A DNA stretch of 16,108 bases from a virus (taxonomy: Duplodnaviria > Heunggongvirae > Uroviricota > Caudoviricetes), in IMG/VR virus record IMGVR_UViG_3300045988_124840. The stretch is one strand, 5' to 3'. Position numbers and translations under genes: made by a program. A model generated the notes under the pieces. That model was not told the origin of the DNA and made no database searches. It was given only the letters and a program-made list of their open reading frames with translations. Below, piece after piece: positions 15,653 to 16,108 of this stretch. The number at the start of each line of letters is the position of its first letter. Within the stretch, counting starts at the first letter, position 1.

Positions 15653-15733
15653 TGTTTTGTTTTTATCTGTTTGTTTTATAAGGATAAATTAACTAAAATG
15701 GCACCATTAACAAAACCGGAAGAGGTGCTCGCG

Positions 15734-15952
15734 ATGTTTCATTGTCCTTTATGCCAGCATGCCGCACATGCGCGTACAAGCCGCTATATCACTGACACGA
15801 CAAAAGAGCGTTATCACCAGTGCCAGAACGTGAATTGCAGCGCCACGTTCATCACTTATGAGTCGGTACAGCGATACATCGTGAAGCCGGGAGAAGTCCA
15901 CGCCGTGAGGCCGCACCCGTTGCCGTCAGGGCAGCAAATTATGTGGATGTAA
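15734..15952 (+). CDS. ogr: Ogr late transcription activator (72 aa, zinc finger)
   Basis: From the internal ATG at 15734 the product is MFHCPLCQHAAHARTSRYITDTTKERYHQCQNVNC..., with the C-x2-C ... C-x4-C zinc-binding pattern of P2 Ogr. The track start at 15671 adds 21 residues and is probably not used. Confidence 0.9.
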   Translation: MFHCPLCQHAAHARTSRYITDTTKERYHQCQNVNCSATFITYESVQRYIVKPGEVHAVRPHPLPSGQQIMWM

Positions 15953-15962
15953 TTACAAACAG

Positions 15963-15989
15963 AAAGCCCCTCAGTCGAGGGGCTTTTTT
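15963..15989 (+). terminator. Intrinsic terminator downstream of ogr
   Basis: AAAGCCCCTC / AGTC loop / GAGGGGCTTT followed by a T-run (GC-rich stem plus U-tract). Confidence 0.8.
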
Positions 15990-15994
15990 GTCGA

Positions 15995-16013
15995 TGTGGT
16001 CAATGTGTGGACG
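15995..16013. promoter_or_regulatory. Tandem TGTGG(T/A)C repeats, putative Int arm-type sites in the ogr-side att arm
   Basis: TGTGGTCA at 15995..16002 and TGTGGACG at 16006..16013, 11-bp period. Same motif family as the repeats at 144..163. Confidence 0.45.
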
Positions 16014-16053
16014 TGACCAGAAATAAATCCTTTTATTTCAATTTGTTGTACGT

Positions 16054-16080
16054 AAAAAATAAGCCCGTGTAAGGGAGATT
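16054..16080. repeat. 27-bp P2-type attachment core, right copy (att junction next to ogr)
   Basis: Identical 27-mer to 29..55. Together they define prophage ends with int at one side and ogr at the other, as in integrated P2. Confidence 0.85.
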
Positions 16081-16108
16081 ACACAGGCTAAGGAGGTGGT
16101 TCCTGGTA

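Noticed and set aside
15671-15733. N-terminal extension of ogr from the track start at 15671
   Set aside because: The internal ATG at 15734 has a GGAAGAGG RBS and gives the canonical 72-aa zinc-finger protein. The extension is probably untranslated leader.
1-16108. CRISPR arrays, tRNA or rRNA genes, IS elements
   Set aside because: No regularly spaced repeat-spacer arrays, no tRNA-like cloverleaf regions adjacent to the att cores within the visible flanks, and no transposase-like ORFs or terminal inverted repeats were seen.

Overview
The window is almost entirely one integrated P2-type (Peduovirus-like) prophage, bounded by 27-bp direct repeats of the P2 attachment core (29..55 and 16054..16080). 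All calls are from reading the sequence and ORF track against remembered P2 gene order and protein sizes; no searches were run. The backbone carries int, C, cox, orf78, B, orf80–83, A, the cos site, Q, then E/E', T, U, D and ogr. The prophage is defective: an internal deletion joins a C-terminal stub of terminase gene P to the 3' part of tail-tube gene FII, removing the capsid, lysis and most tail genes. Two visibly AT-rich cargo segments flank cos. The segment between A and cos (about 5984..6800) lacks any long ORF resembling P2 tin/old, which normally occupy this interval, and instead holds a small hydrophobic-peptide ORF, a bidirectional terminator and short repeats. The segment between cos and Q (about 6999..9503) holds a single 753-aa ORF with a possible Mrr-like nuclease motif at its N-terminus. 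That ORF is the best candidate for an undescribed anti-phage defence gene, but its function is inference only.
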